Shown: piece by piece, positions 1 to 13,631 of the stretch
Layout of the letters: every line of letters starts with the position of its first letter
Numbering within the stretch: position 1 is the stretch's first letter
NCBI RefSeq assembly: GCF_009914755.1
Contig: NC_060941.1
Reading direction: 5' to 3' (one strand)
Length of the DNA: 64,000 nt
Source: the human T2T-CHM13v2.0 reference genome, Homo sapiens
Made by a program: the position numbers and the translations under genes
Notes under the pieces: generated by a model
What the model saw: only the letters and a program-made list of their open reading frames with translations
What the model was told of the DNA's origin: nothing
The model's database searches: none

Positions 1-399
1 CCTGGGAGAGCCATAGGCAGGCCTGAGAGGGCCCCTGGAATCTGGGACCCCCAGCCCGGCCCAGTAGCTGGTACCATCATCTTTCTTGCAAGGGAAGTTA
101 TGGAAACTAAGATGCTAATGTGCTTTGATAGGCCTGGGGTGGCTCTAAGCCCTGGGAAGAGCCCTGGCAACTTTCCCTGGCTGGCGGGTTGAATCTTCTC
201 CTGGCAGTTCAGGGCTCTGCCTCCAGCTCCCTGGGGGAGAGCAACTGAGGGAGGAGCTGGAGGCCAAGGCCTCAGTGCTGAGCTGCCTGCACCGCAGCTG
301 CACCTTCTGGGTCCTGGCTGCAGGAACCCCATACTTCTCCAGCCTTTCCATGGTTCCCGAAGACCTGGCCTGGGGAGGGGGTCAGCAGCCTGGGGCTCA

Positions 400-770
<371 letters not shown>

Positions 771-1218
771 TTGTTTCTTCATTTGTTCATTCATTCACCA
801 GACTTTTTGCCGGGGCTTGCCGTGAGCCCTACGCTGCTCTGAAGAAAGCCGGGCTGGGGTGAGCGTGATGGATGAGGTGTCTGGCTTCACAAACCCTGTG
901 TGGGGGGGTTGTGGTGAGAGGAAACCGCACACATCATTATTCAGTTACCATCGTGGGGAGACTGTCTGGACGCAGAGAGCAGGCTCTGTGTGGGAGCGGG
1001 GAGGGCAAGCCCTGGTTGCGAGGCAGGGCTTCCCCAGGATTCAGCAGGGATCTGAAGGACTTTGCAGGCACCCAGGGAGATAGGAGAGGAGGAGGGAGCA
1101 GCCCTGGCCGGACACTGTCCTCCTAGCATTGCCTGCATCAGGGACTCACTCAGCTTTAAGAAGCCCCTTTGTGGGGGACAGGGAGCATCTGTTAGTTTAT
1201 AGGACCTGAAGTGCCCCC

Positions 1219-1603
1219 ATGGGCTCAAGTTTCTGGGAAGGCCTGCAGGTGGCCGTAGGGCTGCCGCAGGGGTGCTGGCCCCAGGGTCTGGATTCAGGGG
1301 AGCCTGCAGAGGGAGGGCAGCTGGAGGCTGCTCCAGTGTGCATTGTTACGAGGCAAAGTAAGGAGACTGCTGGGCCCACGCTGGGCCGGGGTGGATGGAG
1401 GCAAGGAAGTCTTCGCCGGCGCAAGGGCACCAGCTGTAGATGCCGGCAGCTTTCTCCTGGACACGGGCCTGGAAGGCTGACAGGGTGTGGTGAGTGCCAC
1501 CGGCTCCCCTGCCGTGGCCTGGTCAGTGGCTTCACAGGCCTCCGTGGGCAGGAGGAGGATGACCTTGCATTCTGCTTGGCCACCATTGGCAGTGACAGAC
1601 AAG
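1219..1603 (+). CDS. SEPTIN9: SEPTIN9 alternative upstream coding exon (MGSSFWEG...GSDRQ)
   Basis: ATG at 1219, 128 codons + 1 nt, donor AAG|GTGTGT at 1603/1604; phase 1 joins exon 7846 in frame (G+CC=Ala); spliced total 1425 nt = 474 aa; matches my recollection of an annotated minor isoform. Confidence 0.75.
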
Positions 1604-2623
1604 GTGTGTGGGGATGTGGCCATTTCGGTCCGTGCTCTGAGAGCCAGGTGTGGGTTGGGTTTGGGGAAGACAGGAGAATGGCATTGACTTGACCCTGAGC
1701 ACTTTGTCCTGGGGTGCAGGCCCGGCTGTCACTCCCCTGGAGCTGGGAATGGCATTGGGCGGTGGCTCAGGGTCCCTTGCCCCAGCGGCACCATCTCTGC
1801 ATTTGGCCAGCAAGGCTGATGGGACTTGTGTGGACATTTCTGGGACGTAGACCAGGCAGCATGACACACAGGGAGGGGTAGGCAGAGAAGGGCGGCCCCT
1901 GGGTCTTGGTTTCCAAGTCAGGCTTTGCAAGCCTGCTGTGTCAAGCCCTCTCTCGGCACCAGGCCAGGTGGGCCAGGGTCAGCCCTGGGGCTGTGATGAG
2001 TGTGAGTGCCCCTAAAGTGTGTCATGTCCAATAGCTGCCTCCTCTCTGGGCACTGCCTCCCAGCCAGATATCCTACAGCCCCCGTCCCAGCCACAGACAG
2101 CAATCTGATTCCCTCATCCTTGGCAGGTCCTGGGGTTGGGGTAAGAATTTGTCACTAAGTGCAGATGTTCCCAGAGGGTGCTGGCTCAGGGCTGCGTGGA
2201 TTACAGCCCTTTCATCCCTGCCTTAGACCCACCTGCAACTCTGGAGAAAAGATGGCCCAGTGGACGCCTGCGGGGAGGAGGGAGCTGGTCCCCAGGATGA
2301 GCAGATTTGGGGGCAGTCCCCATCACGGGACCGGTGACCTACTGCCACCAGCGCCAGTGAATGGCAGAGGGGCCCTGGCATAAGGCCTGGGTTCAGAATG
2401 GGAACCTGCAGAGAAACTGTCAAGGTCTCCCGCCACCTGACACCTCCGCCTGGCTGCCACCCTAGAAACACCCTTGCTGCAAGAAGATGGGGGAGTTTGT
2501 CTGGGGCATGGTCTGGCGACACCAACTTGAGAACCTCAGGCCTAAGTGTTGGCCTCTGGGCCTCAGCTGTCCTCTGAGCTGTAAAGCTGGCTCCTGGGCA
2601 CTTGTGGAAAACACTGGACTCTT

Positions 2624-2717
2624 TATTTTATTTTACTTTACATTCTGGGATACATGTGCAGAACGTGCAGGTTTGTTACATAGGAATACAAGTGCCATAG
2701 TGGTTTGCTGCACCCAT
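2624..2717 (-). mobile_element. Very short L1PA 3'-end insertion
   Basis: 'gatacatgtgcagaacgtgcaggtttgttacatagg' L1PA 3' UTR; TSD TGGACTCTT at 2615-2623 and 2718-2726. Confidence 0.85.
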
Positions 2718-2751
2718 TGGACTCTTCAATCCAGCTCCACTAGAAATGACT

Positions 2752-2857
2752 GCCTTCTTTCCCTTCTTCCGTCCCTCCCTCCTCCCCTCCCTTTTTTCCT
2801 TCCTTCCCTGTTTCCTTCCCCCTCCCTCCTTCCCTTCTTTCCCTTCCTCTCCCGTCC
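2752..2857. repeat. CT-rich (CCTT/CCCT)n low-complexity tract
   Basis: Near-pure pyrimidine tract. Confidence 0.85.
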
Positions 2858-2859
2858 TC

Positions 2860-3260
2860 ATGGGGATATAATTTCCATATTACACCATCCGCCGATTCAG
2901 AAAGCACAGTTGAGTGGCATTTTTTCACAACCTTCTATAAGCATCACCTCTAATTCCAGAACGTTTTCCTCACCCCAAAAGGAAACGCCATCCTCGGTAC
3001 ACAGTCACTCCCCCTCCCCCAGCCCCTGGAAATCACCAATCTGCGCTTTGTCCCTACAGATGTACTTATTCTGAACATATGACTAGAACCCTAAAAGATG
3101 TGACTTTTTGTGCTTGGTTTCTTGCAGTTGGAATGTTTTCAGAGTTCATCTGTGTTGGCGCACGCTCGTGCCTTTTTATGGCTGAGAAATAGTCCGCTGT
3201 GTTGACTCAGCACGTTGGGTTTCTCCACGCATCTGTTGGCGGATGTGTTAGTTATTTCTG
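2860..3260 (-). mobile_element. Old L1M 3' fragment
   Basis: 'ttccagaacgttttcctcaccccaaaaggaaac...cccagcccctggaaatcaccaatctg' typical of antisense L1M. Confidence 0.65.
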
Positions 3261-3889
3261 GAGCCGGGTGTGTTGTGCTACTCACGGGCTGCACTAGGAG
3301 CTGGGGATATCACTGAGTAAGCCACAGCCTCGGGCACCCAGGAGCTCGCAGAGCAGGAGCTGGGAGGGAGGTCAGGAGGTGCATGGCCTGTTTGCCAGGC
3401 TGGAGAGACTTGCAAAAAGTCACTTTGAGCCAGAAACCAGAGCCTGAGGCCTCTGACTCCCAGCTGCGGAGCCGGGAGGGAAGCTCTGCATTTTGCTTTG
3501 ACTGTGGGGTGACGTGTCAGTTACTGTCCAAATCAGAACCTTTCTGAGAGTCGACGTGGGTACTGCTGATAATTAGTCTGGATACCCGAAAGAATGGAAA
3601 GCAGGGACCCAGACAGATCCTTGCACAACCGTGTTCGTAGCAGGGCGAGGCCTGGAGGTGCGATGGGGATCTCAACGGGGCAGCTGCCGTCTTGCTGGAG
3701 CCCACGGTCTTTGGGGGGGGACACAGGTGTTAACCGCATATCATACAAGCAGGAGTGTGAAATTTCAGGGTTGCCAAATTCAGTGAGGGTCTTGTGCTGG
3801 CCTGGCCACTTACAGTGGCATTTCAGGAAAAAAAATCACTCTATGGACCTCAGTTTCCCCATTAGTAAAGAGTAGGTTGGACTGGAATT

Positions 3890-4920
3890 CTGTACCATCC
3901 AGTATAGTTGCCATTTATGAAATGTGGCTATTTAAATTTAAATAAAAATAGAAATTCCGTTCCTCAGTTGGACTAGCTCAGTGTCAAGTGCTCAGAAGTC
4001 ACTTGTGAACACACTGTGGCAATTCCTCAAAAAACGAAAACTAGAACCACCGTAGCATCCCATAATTCCACTTCTGGGTGTGGATTCAAAAGAATGCACA
4101 GCATCTTAAAGAGCTAGAGATATTTGTACACCCACATTCATAGCGGCTCTGTTCACAGTAGCCAGCGGGTAGAAACAACCCGAATGCCCGCGGTCAAATG
4201 AATGGAGAAATCAAAGGCGGGACAGGCCGGGCGTGGTGGCTCACGCCTGTAATCTCAGCACTTTGGGAGGCCGAGGCGGGTGGATCATCTGAGGTCACAA
4301 GTTCAAGACCAGCCTGACCAGCATGGAGAAACCCCGTCTCTACTAAAACAAAATTAGCCGGGCATGGTGGCGGGTGCCTGTAATCCCAGCTACTTGAGAG
4401 GCTGAGGCAGGAGAATTGCTTGAACCTGGGGAGGCAGAGGTTTCGGTGAGCCGAGATCGCGCCATTGCACTCCAGCCTGGGCAACAAGAGCAAAACTCTG
4501 TCTAAAAAAAAAAAAAAAAAATGGGTGGAACATACAAGGAATTTGACTCAGCCGTAAAGAGGAAGTTAGGATACCTGCAACAGCAAGGGTGAACCTTTCG
4601 GGTATTACGCTAAGTGAAATAATTTGGTCACAAAAGGACAATCCTGTAGGATTCCACTTATACCAGGTCCGTAGAGTAGTCAGATTCAGAAAAACAGCAG
4701 AATGGAGGTTGCCAGAGGCTTGGGGGATGGGGCTGGGGAGTTGTTTAATGAGGACAGTTTGTTTTACAAGATGAAAAAGTTCTGGAGATTTGTTACACAA
4801 CAATGCGAATGTACTTAACACCACTGGACTGCACACTTCAAAATAGTGACCGTGGCAAACGTTATGACAATTAAAAGGAAAAGTCACGTGGCCAGTGGCT
4901 ACCACGCTGAGCAGCGCAGG
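3890..4920. mobile_element. Nested insertion: hAT-Charlie MER3/MER33-like element split by an L1M 3' fragment (~4005-4880), itself split by an Alu
   Basis: MER-like 'atgtggctatttaaatttaaa...gtcaagtgctc' resumes at ~4882 'aagtcacgtggccagtggctacca'; AAGTCAC flanks the L1. Confidence 0.65.
4225..4521 (+). mobile_element. AluS (Sp/Sq-like)
   Basis: Full dimeric Alu, GGCCGGGCG start, poly(A) tail. Confidence 0.95.
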
Positions 4921-7231
4921 CCTCGGACGGTGTCGTGGTCACAGACAATGGAGTGGGTGATCTTTACCATTGTTTCCAGCTGTCTGAGCACCATGGTGTC
5001 CTGGGGCCAGGATGAAAGTGTCTCTGGGTATGGGGGTCTCTGCTTTTCCCACTTGGGAGTCCTGAAGGCAGACCCCAAAGCTCACCTGGCCAGGTAGGAG
5101 AGTGAGGCGGGCTCTTGCATTGCTCTCTGCGTGCGTGCCTGCCTGCGGGCCAGCCGGGGCCTGCAAGGCCGCCTCTCGAGGGAGGGGTTGCAGGAATGGC
5201 TCTCACCTGTGCAGAAGGCCAGCCACTGCCCTACGTCAATGGCAAAGATGGGGCTCGGCTGCGTTGTATTATTATTTCTCAAGCGGGGCCCCTGGTGGGC
5301 AGGATGTTTGGTTTGATTTGAGTTTCTGCAGTGAGTGCTGGTGCCTGTGGAGGGACCCAGCTGCAGCTGAGCCGGCCCCTCCCTCGCTCTGGGCTCCAGG
5401 GGCGTTGGGGGCGAGAAAGGAGAGTTCAGGGGGCAGTGCCTCCCCCCAGGTCCTGCTGGGGAGGGTTGAGGGATGCTGGGGGGAGGTGGGGGCGGGTAGG
5501 GGCTGGTCCCAGTCCCAGGCAAAATGGCTCTCAGACCCACAGGCAGATGGAAGCGATTTTCGGTCACGTGGGTGGGGACTGAACTGCTGCCCCGCAAGGC
5601 AAGGCCCCATGTCTGGCTTCAGGAAGCGGCCCCAAAGCCACATGGTCCATGGCCAGATGCAGGGCTGTGTCTTTGTTTATTTAAAGGTCCTGGAAGCCCA
5701 GGGGAGAGTATTTCTGAAGGGGGAGCAGGAGCAGGAGCAAAGCCCTGAAGGCTTCCAGGCTGCGTGGCCTGGGTGGGGGCCACGTGGGGGCACAGAGAGA
5801 GGAGCCCTGGCCTCCAGGTCCGCCTGTGGGTATTGCTCTCAGCAGTGGAGATGTGTGGACCCCCCCTTGGCATTTCCCAACAAGGAATTATATTGTTCCT
5901 TTGTTCCCCCAATTCCATAAGATAGGAATTCCTGTGCCCTGTGGAGGCTGAGAAGACGGGGAGGTGCCTGTGAGGATAAACCAGCCCCCAGTTTCTGGCT
6001 TCCAGAGTCTTTTCCTCTCTCACCTCTGATGCCTCAGGCCTGGGGAGCCTCCCTCCGACACCCTCTGACCGCTCCAGTGAAATAGGCCGAGAGGGATGGC
6101 TTGAATCGGCTGGGGATGCAGGCTGCAGCCAGGGGGCTCAGTGGGCATTTCCTGAGTTCGGTTCTTGCCCCGCAAGTGGAAGGGCAGTTGAACTGAAGTC
6201 TCCCACTGCCCCTCCTGGCCTGGAAGCCTGCCTCCCACCTTCTGGGCAGAGTGAGGAGTGGGCGTGGGCCGGGAGGGCTGCCTCCTGTCTGGGAGGGCTG
6301 CTCACTCGCCTGTCACGGGGGATGAGCCCCCTGCAGCCTCCCGTGCTGTGGCCCTGGCTCCCACGCCGGCTCCACTCCCCTGTGGCTGCCCCTGCTGGGT
6401 GCCCACCGGTCCCAGGGAAAAGCCACTCCCCTCCCGGAGGACTGGCGGGAGGGGCCCTGCCTGGGAGCGTGCTGTGTGGTCCCTGTCTTAGCGCAGGATG
6501 CCTGAGGCCAGATCCTCCCTGGGAGGCAGGATGGGGCAAAAGTCTCCCCGCAGGCAGAGCAGGGCCCGGATGGGCCCAAGCAGGGACGGGGGCACAGAAC
6601 AGCAGCCGCCCAGCCTGCGTGGGAGCTGAGGGCCACCAAGGGCAGCTCCAGCCTGTGGGGACTAGCAGAGGCACCACCTCTGTGACCAGCGAGTTGTCTG
6701 CACCTGCATGCGCATGCACCAGTGAGTGTGGCGAGTCTGAGGTGTGCTGGGACCTGGCCCGTGTACCAGCCAGCCCTGATGGGAACCAGCCCCATCCTGG
6801 GTACCCCTGGAACCCCACTGTGTGGGAGCACCTGGGTCCTCAGCAGGCGTCTTCCGGGCGTCCGCCCCCAGCCCCAGGCCTCTGACCCGTGTGTGGTGTC
6901 TTAACAGCAGCCAGGAGCAGGGCCATCGAAGGGACCTACAGACAGAAGAGGCTTTAGTGATTTCGGGAAGTTCAGCTCCACGTGCCCCACATACCCAAGA
7001 GTAAAACTTGGTCTTGGCCTGTGGGTGTGCAGCCCGTGGGCGCTGGCCAGGCACACAAGACGGCCGCCTGGGTCAGTCCAGGGGGAGGCAGATGTGGTGC
7101 AGGGGCCCCCCTCCTCCATGAGCCCAGGAACAGCTCTGCATCCAGGCACCCGCCCTGCACCCAGCACTTTTCCTTCTCCCAGGACTGCTGGCTCGTTCTA
7201 TGGGATTGAACACACAACTCCATGGGGACCG

Positions 7232-7328
7232 ACGCTGGTTCTATCCCCCTTTCTTACAAGACCATCCATGGGGATGTGGGAGGCGGGGGCACACGCTGGT
7301 TCTATCCCCGTTTCTTACAAGACCATCC
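7232..7328. repeat. 36-bp direct repeat x2 (period 61)
   Basis: ACGCTGGTTCTATCCCC[C/G]TTTCTTACAAGACCATCC at 7232 and 7293. Confidence 0.9.
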
Positions 7329-7845
7329 CTCCTGTGTCTTGGCTCGTGGATCGGCTTCTAAGGCCTTTGAGTGGCAGCAGGCGGTACAGCTTATCTGAGT
7401 AGAGGTGAAGGAGAGGGCCAGGTCCACCTGGGTGGCCCGAGGCAGTGTGGAGGGCCAGGAGAGGAGAGCACCCTCCACCCTTGTCTGAGCAGCCCTCCAG
7501 GGTACGGAGACAGGAGTTCAGGGTCAGCCCTGCCTTGGAGCGCAGGGGGCCCCCAGCTTGGCACAGCTCCTAGAAGAGGAGATGAAAAAGCCTGGCCTTG
7601 GGAGTCTGGGGATGGAGCTTTGCTGGGGAGGCAGCGTGGCTGCAGGATGGCAGCTTTTTAGAGGACACCACGGCCAGGGACATCCACCCGGGGGAATTCT
7701 CAGGGGTCGCCTGGGCAAGTCGCTTAGCCTTTCTGAGCCTCAGTGCCTCAGTTTCCCCATCCAAGGATGGGTGTGACAACCACCTGGCAGGCGCCTGTGT
7801 GTGAGCCCCTGTTCCGCTCTAACTCCTCTGCTGTTCCTTCCCCAG

Positions 7846-8037
7846 CCACTGAGGCGGCTCCCAGCTGCGTTGGCGACATGGCCGACACCCCCAGAGATGC
7901 CGGGCTCAAGCAGGCGCCTGCATCACGGAACGAGAAGGCCCCGGTGGACTTCGGCTACGTGGGGATTGACTCCATCCTGGAGCAGATGCGCCGGAAGGCC
8001 ATGAAGCAGGGCTTCGAGTTCAACATCATGGTGGTCG
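7846..8037 (+). CDS. SEPTIN9: SEPTIN9 coding exon (192 bp; ATEAAPSCVGDMADTP...polybasic region...FEFNIMVV); internal ATG 7878 starts a 335-aa form
   Basis: cccag| acceptor, G|GTGAGT donor; septin N-terminal polybasic helix RRKAMKQGFEFNIMVVG. Confidence 0.97.
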
Positions 8038-9867
8038 GTGAGTCCTCACCTTGCATGCCACTCAACCAATGCCGGAAACCAGCCTCAGCCCCCAGGGCGG
8101 TCCACAAGCCTTTGGGCTTGGTCTTCCCTTCTGTAAAATGGGGCAGCAACCCTGACCTCAAGGACGGATTGCCAGTGACATTGCGTGTGCATGCATGCGC
8201 CTGGGAGGAGCCCACAGCCTCCAGCGGCTCCTCAGAGGGGCCTGTCCTGCACATCCAGGGCCCCTGAGATGACTTTGGGGAGCCCAGGCCGGCCTGGAGC
8301 AGGTCCTGATGAGCGGTCGCTGCCTCTGAGCAATGACGTCAGCTTGTGCAGAGGGTTCTGTGGCAGCTGTCCCCTCACTGTTGCTCCAGCCTGGCCCTCC
8401 AGGCTCCCCACCGCACCCCACCGCAGCCTGGCCAGAGGCTTCCCAGCAGCTCAGCTTCAGCTCTGCCCTGGAATTGGGGCCTCGTGGCTTCCACACCCCC
8501 TGGTGGCCCCGGAGAGCTGGAGGTCACCACGGGAGGTCGTCGATCAGCACGACCTGGGCAGGGTGAGGGGGCCAGGCTGGAGTCTACAGTGGGCCGCCTG
8601 TTGTTTCCAAAGCCCCCCAGGTCCCATTCAAACCTCACAGGGACCCTGTGAAGGGGGCGTCCCGTTTTCCAGGCAGAAGCGAGGCTCAGGGAAGGCTGCC
8701 AAGGTTCCTTAGCTCACAGGGCAGAGAACCGCAGCCACCGTTTTGACTCCCAGAACTGTGTTCTGCCCACTCCACGGGGTCCAGGGAGGGGTCTGGGGAA
8801 GTGCCCCCGCCAGGTCACACCCTAAACAAAGGTGAGCTTGCGGGGTTTCTGCAAGGTGTCTGGGCACCTCTCAGGCCGGGCCTGTTTCTCTGACCTTTGC
8901 CAGCCGTGCACGTCCTTCCTGCCCAGCTCTGTGGACGCAAACCCACACCTGCCAGCCCGACACCTTTCTTTCCTCTTCTGCACTGATCTGGGCCCTGGCT
9001 CCCCTGGGGTCTTGGTGTCCTCTCTGCTTCCTGTAGCCTCATGGGACCCGGCTGCTCACGGCCCTGCTGTGCTCACAGCTGCCTGGAAGCTGGCAGCCTG
9101 CTTCAAGGGAGGGCGGAGGTGTGGGGTCCCCTCCTACGGCCCCCACCCTGTTCTGCCTGTTGTGGGGGACGTGCTTGTACCCTGAGGATTCAGGGCTGCC
9201 TCCCGGGAAGATGGCTGGAGAGAAAGAGAGGGGAGAGGCCCAAAGGCAGTGGCCAGGCTGGGACTCATCTCTGTGGGCTACGGAGGGGCTGCCCTGCTCC
9301 CTAGCCAGGGACAGGGTGAGAAGGACCTGGGAGCCTCTGGGTCCCAGCCATGGCACAGGCCTTCTTCCGGAGCTTTGGCCCCAAGGAGAGGGAGAGGCAG
9401 CCCAGCAGCCCTCGCCTTCCGTGGCTGCCACTGTGACAGCCTTGCCCTCTGGGAATGGTGCGCAGGAGGCCACTTCACCTGTCTGGGCCTCTTCGCCCTT
9501 TCAACCCTGAGAAGAACAGTGGTCCTGATTCCCCACAAAATCACTCCCTCCCAGGGATGCCGAGTGAGGAACAAGACGTGGGGCAGCTCTGCTCTCCTCC
9601 CTCCTCCCTCCCATGGCAGCTGTGCCCACCTGCAGAGGTGCAGGCAAGGTGGAGGGGCACCTGTTTGGAGGTCCACAGACCCCGGGGAGAATCCCAGCTT
9701 CGTCCTAACTCAGCGGGGTGAGGCCTGTGTGTCTTCCCCTGGGCTCCTCCTCTGTGAGCCTTAGCTTCCTCGTCCATAAAATGGGATCATCCCATAAAGT
9801 GAGATCAAGCGAGCTAGGCCCCGGGCAGGGTCCCCAACAGGTTGTGGTTGTTCGAGAAGTTGCAGCA

Positions 9868-11790
9868 GTGGTGATGGTGGTTGTGGTGATGAGGATGATG
9901 GGGGTGGTAATGACGGTGATGATGATGGGGTGATGGTGATAGTGGAGATGATGGGGATGATGGTGATGGTGGTGGTGGTGATAGTGGTGGGATGGTGGTG
10001 GTGATAGTGGTGGGATGGTAGTGGTGATGTGGGTGATGGTGATTGTGATGGTGGTGGTGGTGGTGATGGAGGTGATGGTGATAGTGATCATGAGGGTGAT
10101 GGGGATGGTGGTGGTGGTGATGGTGACAGTGGTGGGACGGTAGTGATGATGTGGGTGATGGTGATGGTGGTGGTGGTGATTGTGGTGGTGGTGGTGATGA
10201 TGGTGGTGATGATGGTGATTGTGGTGATGGTGATGATGGTGGTAATTGTGATGGTGGTGGTGGTGATGGTGGTGATGATGGTGATTGTGGTGATGGTGGT
10301 AATTGTGATGGTGGTGGTGATGGTGGTGATGGTGGTGATGGGGATGATGATGGTGATTGTGATGGGGGTGGTGGTGGTGATTGTGATGGTGGTGATGTGG
10401 GTGGTGGTGGTGATTGTGATGGTGGTGATGTGGGTGGTGGTGGTGATTGTGATGGTGGTGATGTGGGTGGTGGTGGTGATTGTGATGGTGGTGGCGATGG
10501 TGGTGATTGTGATGGTGGTGATGTGGGTGGTGGTGATTGTGATGGTTGTGATTGTGATGGTGGTGGTGGTGATGATGATGGTGGTGATTGTGATGGTGGT
10601 GATGGGAGTGATGCTGGTGATTGTGGTGGTGAAGGGGGTGATGCTGGTGATTGTGGTGAAGGGGGTGATGGTGGTGATTGTGATGGTGAAGGGGGTGATG
10701 GTGATTGTGATGGTGGTGAAGGGGGTGATGGTGGCGATTGTGGTGGTGAAGGGGGTGATGGTGGCGATTGTGGTGGTGAAGGGGGTGATGGTGATTGTGA
10801 TGGTGGTGAAGGGGGTGATGGTGGTGATTGTGGTGGTGAAGGGGGTGATGGTGGCGATTGTGGTGGTGAAGGGGGTGATGGTGGTGATTGTGATGGTGAA
10901 GGGGGTGATGGTGATTGTGATGGTGGTGAAGGGGGTGATGGTGATTGTGATGGTGGTGAAGGGGGTGATGGTGATTGTGATGGTGGTGAAGGGGGTGATG
11001 GTGATTGTGATGGTGGTGAAGGGGGTGATGGTGGTGATGGGGCGATGGTGGTGATTGTGATGGTGGTGAAGGGGGTGATGGTGGTGATTGTGATGGTGGT
11101 GATGGTGATGGTGGTGATTGGTGTGGTGATGTGGGTGGTGGTGGTGATGTGGGTGGTGGTGGTGATTGTGATGGGGTGATGGTAATGTGGGTGATGGTGA
11201 TTGTGGTGGTAGTGGTGGTGATGGTGATGATTGTGATGGTGGTGAAGGGGGTGATGGTGGTGATTGTGGTGGTGGTAATGGTGATGGTGGTAAAGGGGTG
11301 ATGGTGGTGATTGTGGTGATGTGGGTGGTGGTGGTGATGTGGGTGGTGGTGGTGATTGTGATGGGGGTGATGACGGTAATGTGGGTGATGGTGATTGTGG
11401 TGGTGGTGGTGATGGTGATGATTGTGATGGTGGTGAAGGGGGTGATGGTGGTGATTGTGATGGTGGTGATTGTGATGGTGATGTGGGTGATGGTGGTGTT
11501 GATGGGGGTGATGATGTTAGTAGTGGTGGTGATAGTGATGGGGATGATGGTGCTGTTGATGGTGATAGTGGTGGGATGGTAGTGGTGATGTGGTTGATGA
11601 TGGTGCTGGTGCTGGTGATTGTGATGACAGTGGTGGTGGTGATGAGGGTGACGGAAGTGGTGATGATGGCGGGAGTGATGGGATGATGGTAATAGCAGTG
11701 ATGGTATTGTGATGATGGTGCTGATGGGGATGGTGGTGATGATAAGGGTGATGATGATGGTGATGATAATAATAAAAGTAACAATAATAA
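9868..11790. repeat. ~1.9 kb (TGG/TGA)n simple-repeat array with 30- and 33-bp higher-order units
   Basis: Repeating GAAGGGGGTGATGGTGATTGTGATGGTGGT (~10630-11100) and GATGTGGGTGGTGGTGGTGATTGTGATGGTGGT (~10390-10540). Confidence 0.95.
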
Positions 11791-12063
11791 AGGGATACAC
11801 CTTGCAGTATCCCAGTTGGCATCTCCTAGATCTAAGGTGTCGTGGCTGGAACATTGACATAACTCCTGACCTGAGGTTGGCCAGGACACAGACCTGGTGG
11901 ACAGAGAGAGATGGACGAGGAGTGTCCGTCCTTGGGCTACTAAACAGTTCAGGCCAGGGATTCCCAGCACCAGCCTCTGTCCTCCCAGGAGCCCACACTT
12001 TTCCTAGAAAGGTGTTATCAAAGTCAGAACATCAGTGTAATTTAGGGTGTTTTTTGTGTTGTG

Positions 12064-12615
<552 letters not shown>

Positions 12616-12697
12616 TAGGGTATTTTTTTTGGTGTGTTGCTAGCGTAGCCCAAGGCAGCTCTGTGCAGGGTAAAGCAATGGGGCTCCGAGTCTGGAG

Positions 12698-12700
<3 letters not shown>

Positions 12701-12749
<49 letters not shown>

Positions 12750-12910
12750 TATATGTGATTTGTTTGTGTGTGTTGTGAGAGTTGTGTGTGAGGTATGTGT
12801 AAGAGGTATGTTTGAGGTGAGTTGTGTGTGTGTTGTGAGTTGTGCATGTGAAGTGTGTGTGTTGTGAGGTGTGTGTATGAGGTGTATGTGAGTTGTGTGT
12901 GTTGTGTTGC
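12701..12910. repeat. (TG)20 microsatellite + (CG)3 + degenerate GT-rich tail
   Basis: Direct reading of sequence. Confidence 0.95.
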
Positions 12911-13631
12911 ATATGAATGCTACTTCCTCATCCTCGTTTGTCTCAGTCACCTGTGGACTGGCTGTCTGCACACACGGGCACTGTCCCTCGAGTGGCACCA
13001 CCCTGCAGGCCAGCGCCCCCTAGCACATGGCCCCACAGACCCCATGGGACATGCGTGAGCCTGCCTGATGCTCACACCAGCTCCACGGGGGAAGGACTGT
13101 TTATCCCATTTTGCAGATCAGGAAACTGAGACACGGTGAGGTCAGATGACTTGCCCAGGCCCTGGCCGGTCAGGGAGGAGCAGTTTGAACACCTGGGCTT
13201 TGGTTGCAACCACCCTGGTGAACTGCAGGAATCCCGGCCACCTGGTGCACCCTGGGCAGCCCTGGGCTCCTCCGCCAGCCCGGCCTCTGTCCTGTCCAAA
13301 ATCTGAGCCACCAGGAGACCTCCTGTCCAGAAAGCACAAGGGGCACAAGAGATGCCGACTCTCCCAGGCCCGGCTCACCTCTCAGGAGAGGACTGTGGCC
13401 TGGGTTGTGCTGGCATCAGAGCCCGGCTGTGTGGGTTTACACAGTCACTGGACACCCGGCTCGAGGGTGAAGTCCTCGGGGGCTGCTTGGCAGGGATATT
13501 GCCGGGAGGTAGCCCAGGCACTGCTGAATCTCAGACTGGAGAGCCTCGTGCCTGGGTGGGAGGGGCCCCATGTGCAGACCCTGCTGGTCTCTCCGGAGAG
13601 ACCCCTGACCGGCCTCCCATCCTCTCCCCAG

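Noticed and set aside
4846-5097. ORF ending at donor-like CAG|GTAGGA as another alternative first coding exon
   Set aside because: Phase 2 junction is out of frame with exon 7846, and the ORF start lies in repeat sequence
5102-6885. Cluster of 170-270-aa ORFs on both strands
   Set aside because: GC-rich intron with low stop density; no homology cues or exon structure
10390-11100. Regular 30-33-bp repeats resembling a CRISPR array
   Set aside because: Head-to-tail repeats with no unique spacers, eukaryotic context, no cas genes
9814-11998. Long ORFs of 718, 636, 341 and 342 aa resembling extensin/mucin/His-rich proteins
   Set aside because: By-products of a triplet-period simple repeat in a SEPTIN9 intron; no promoter or splice support
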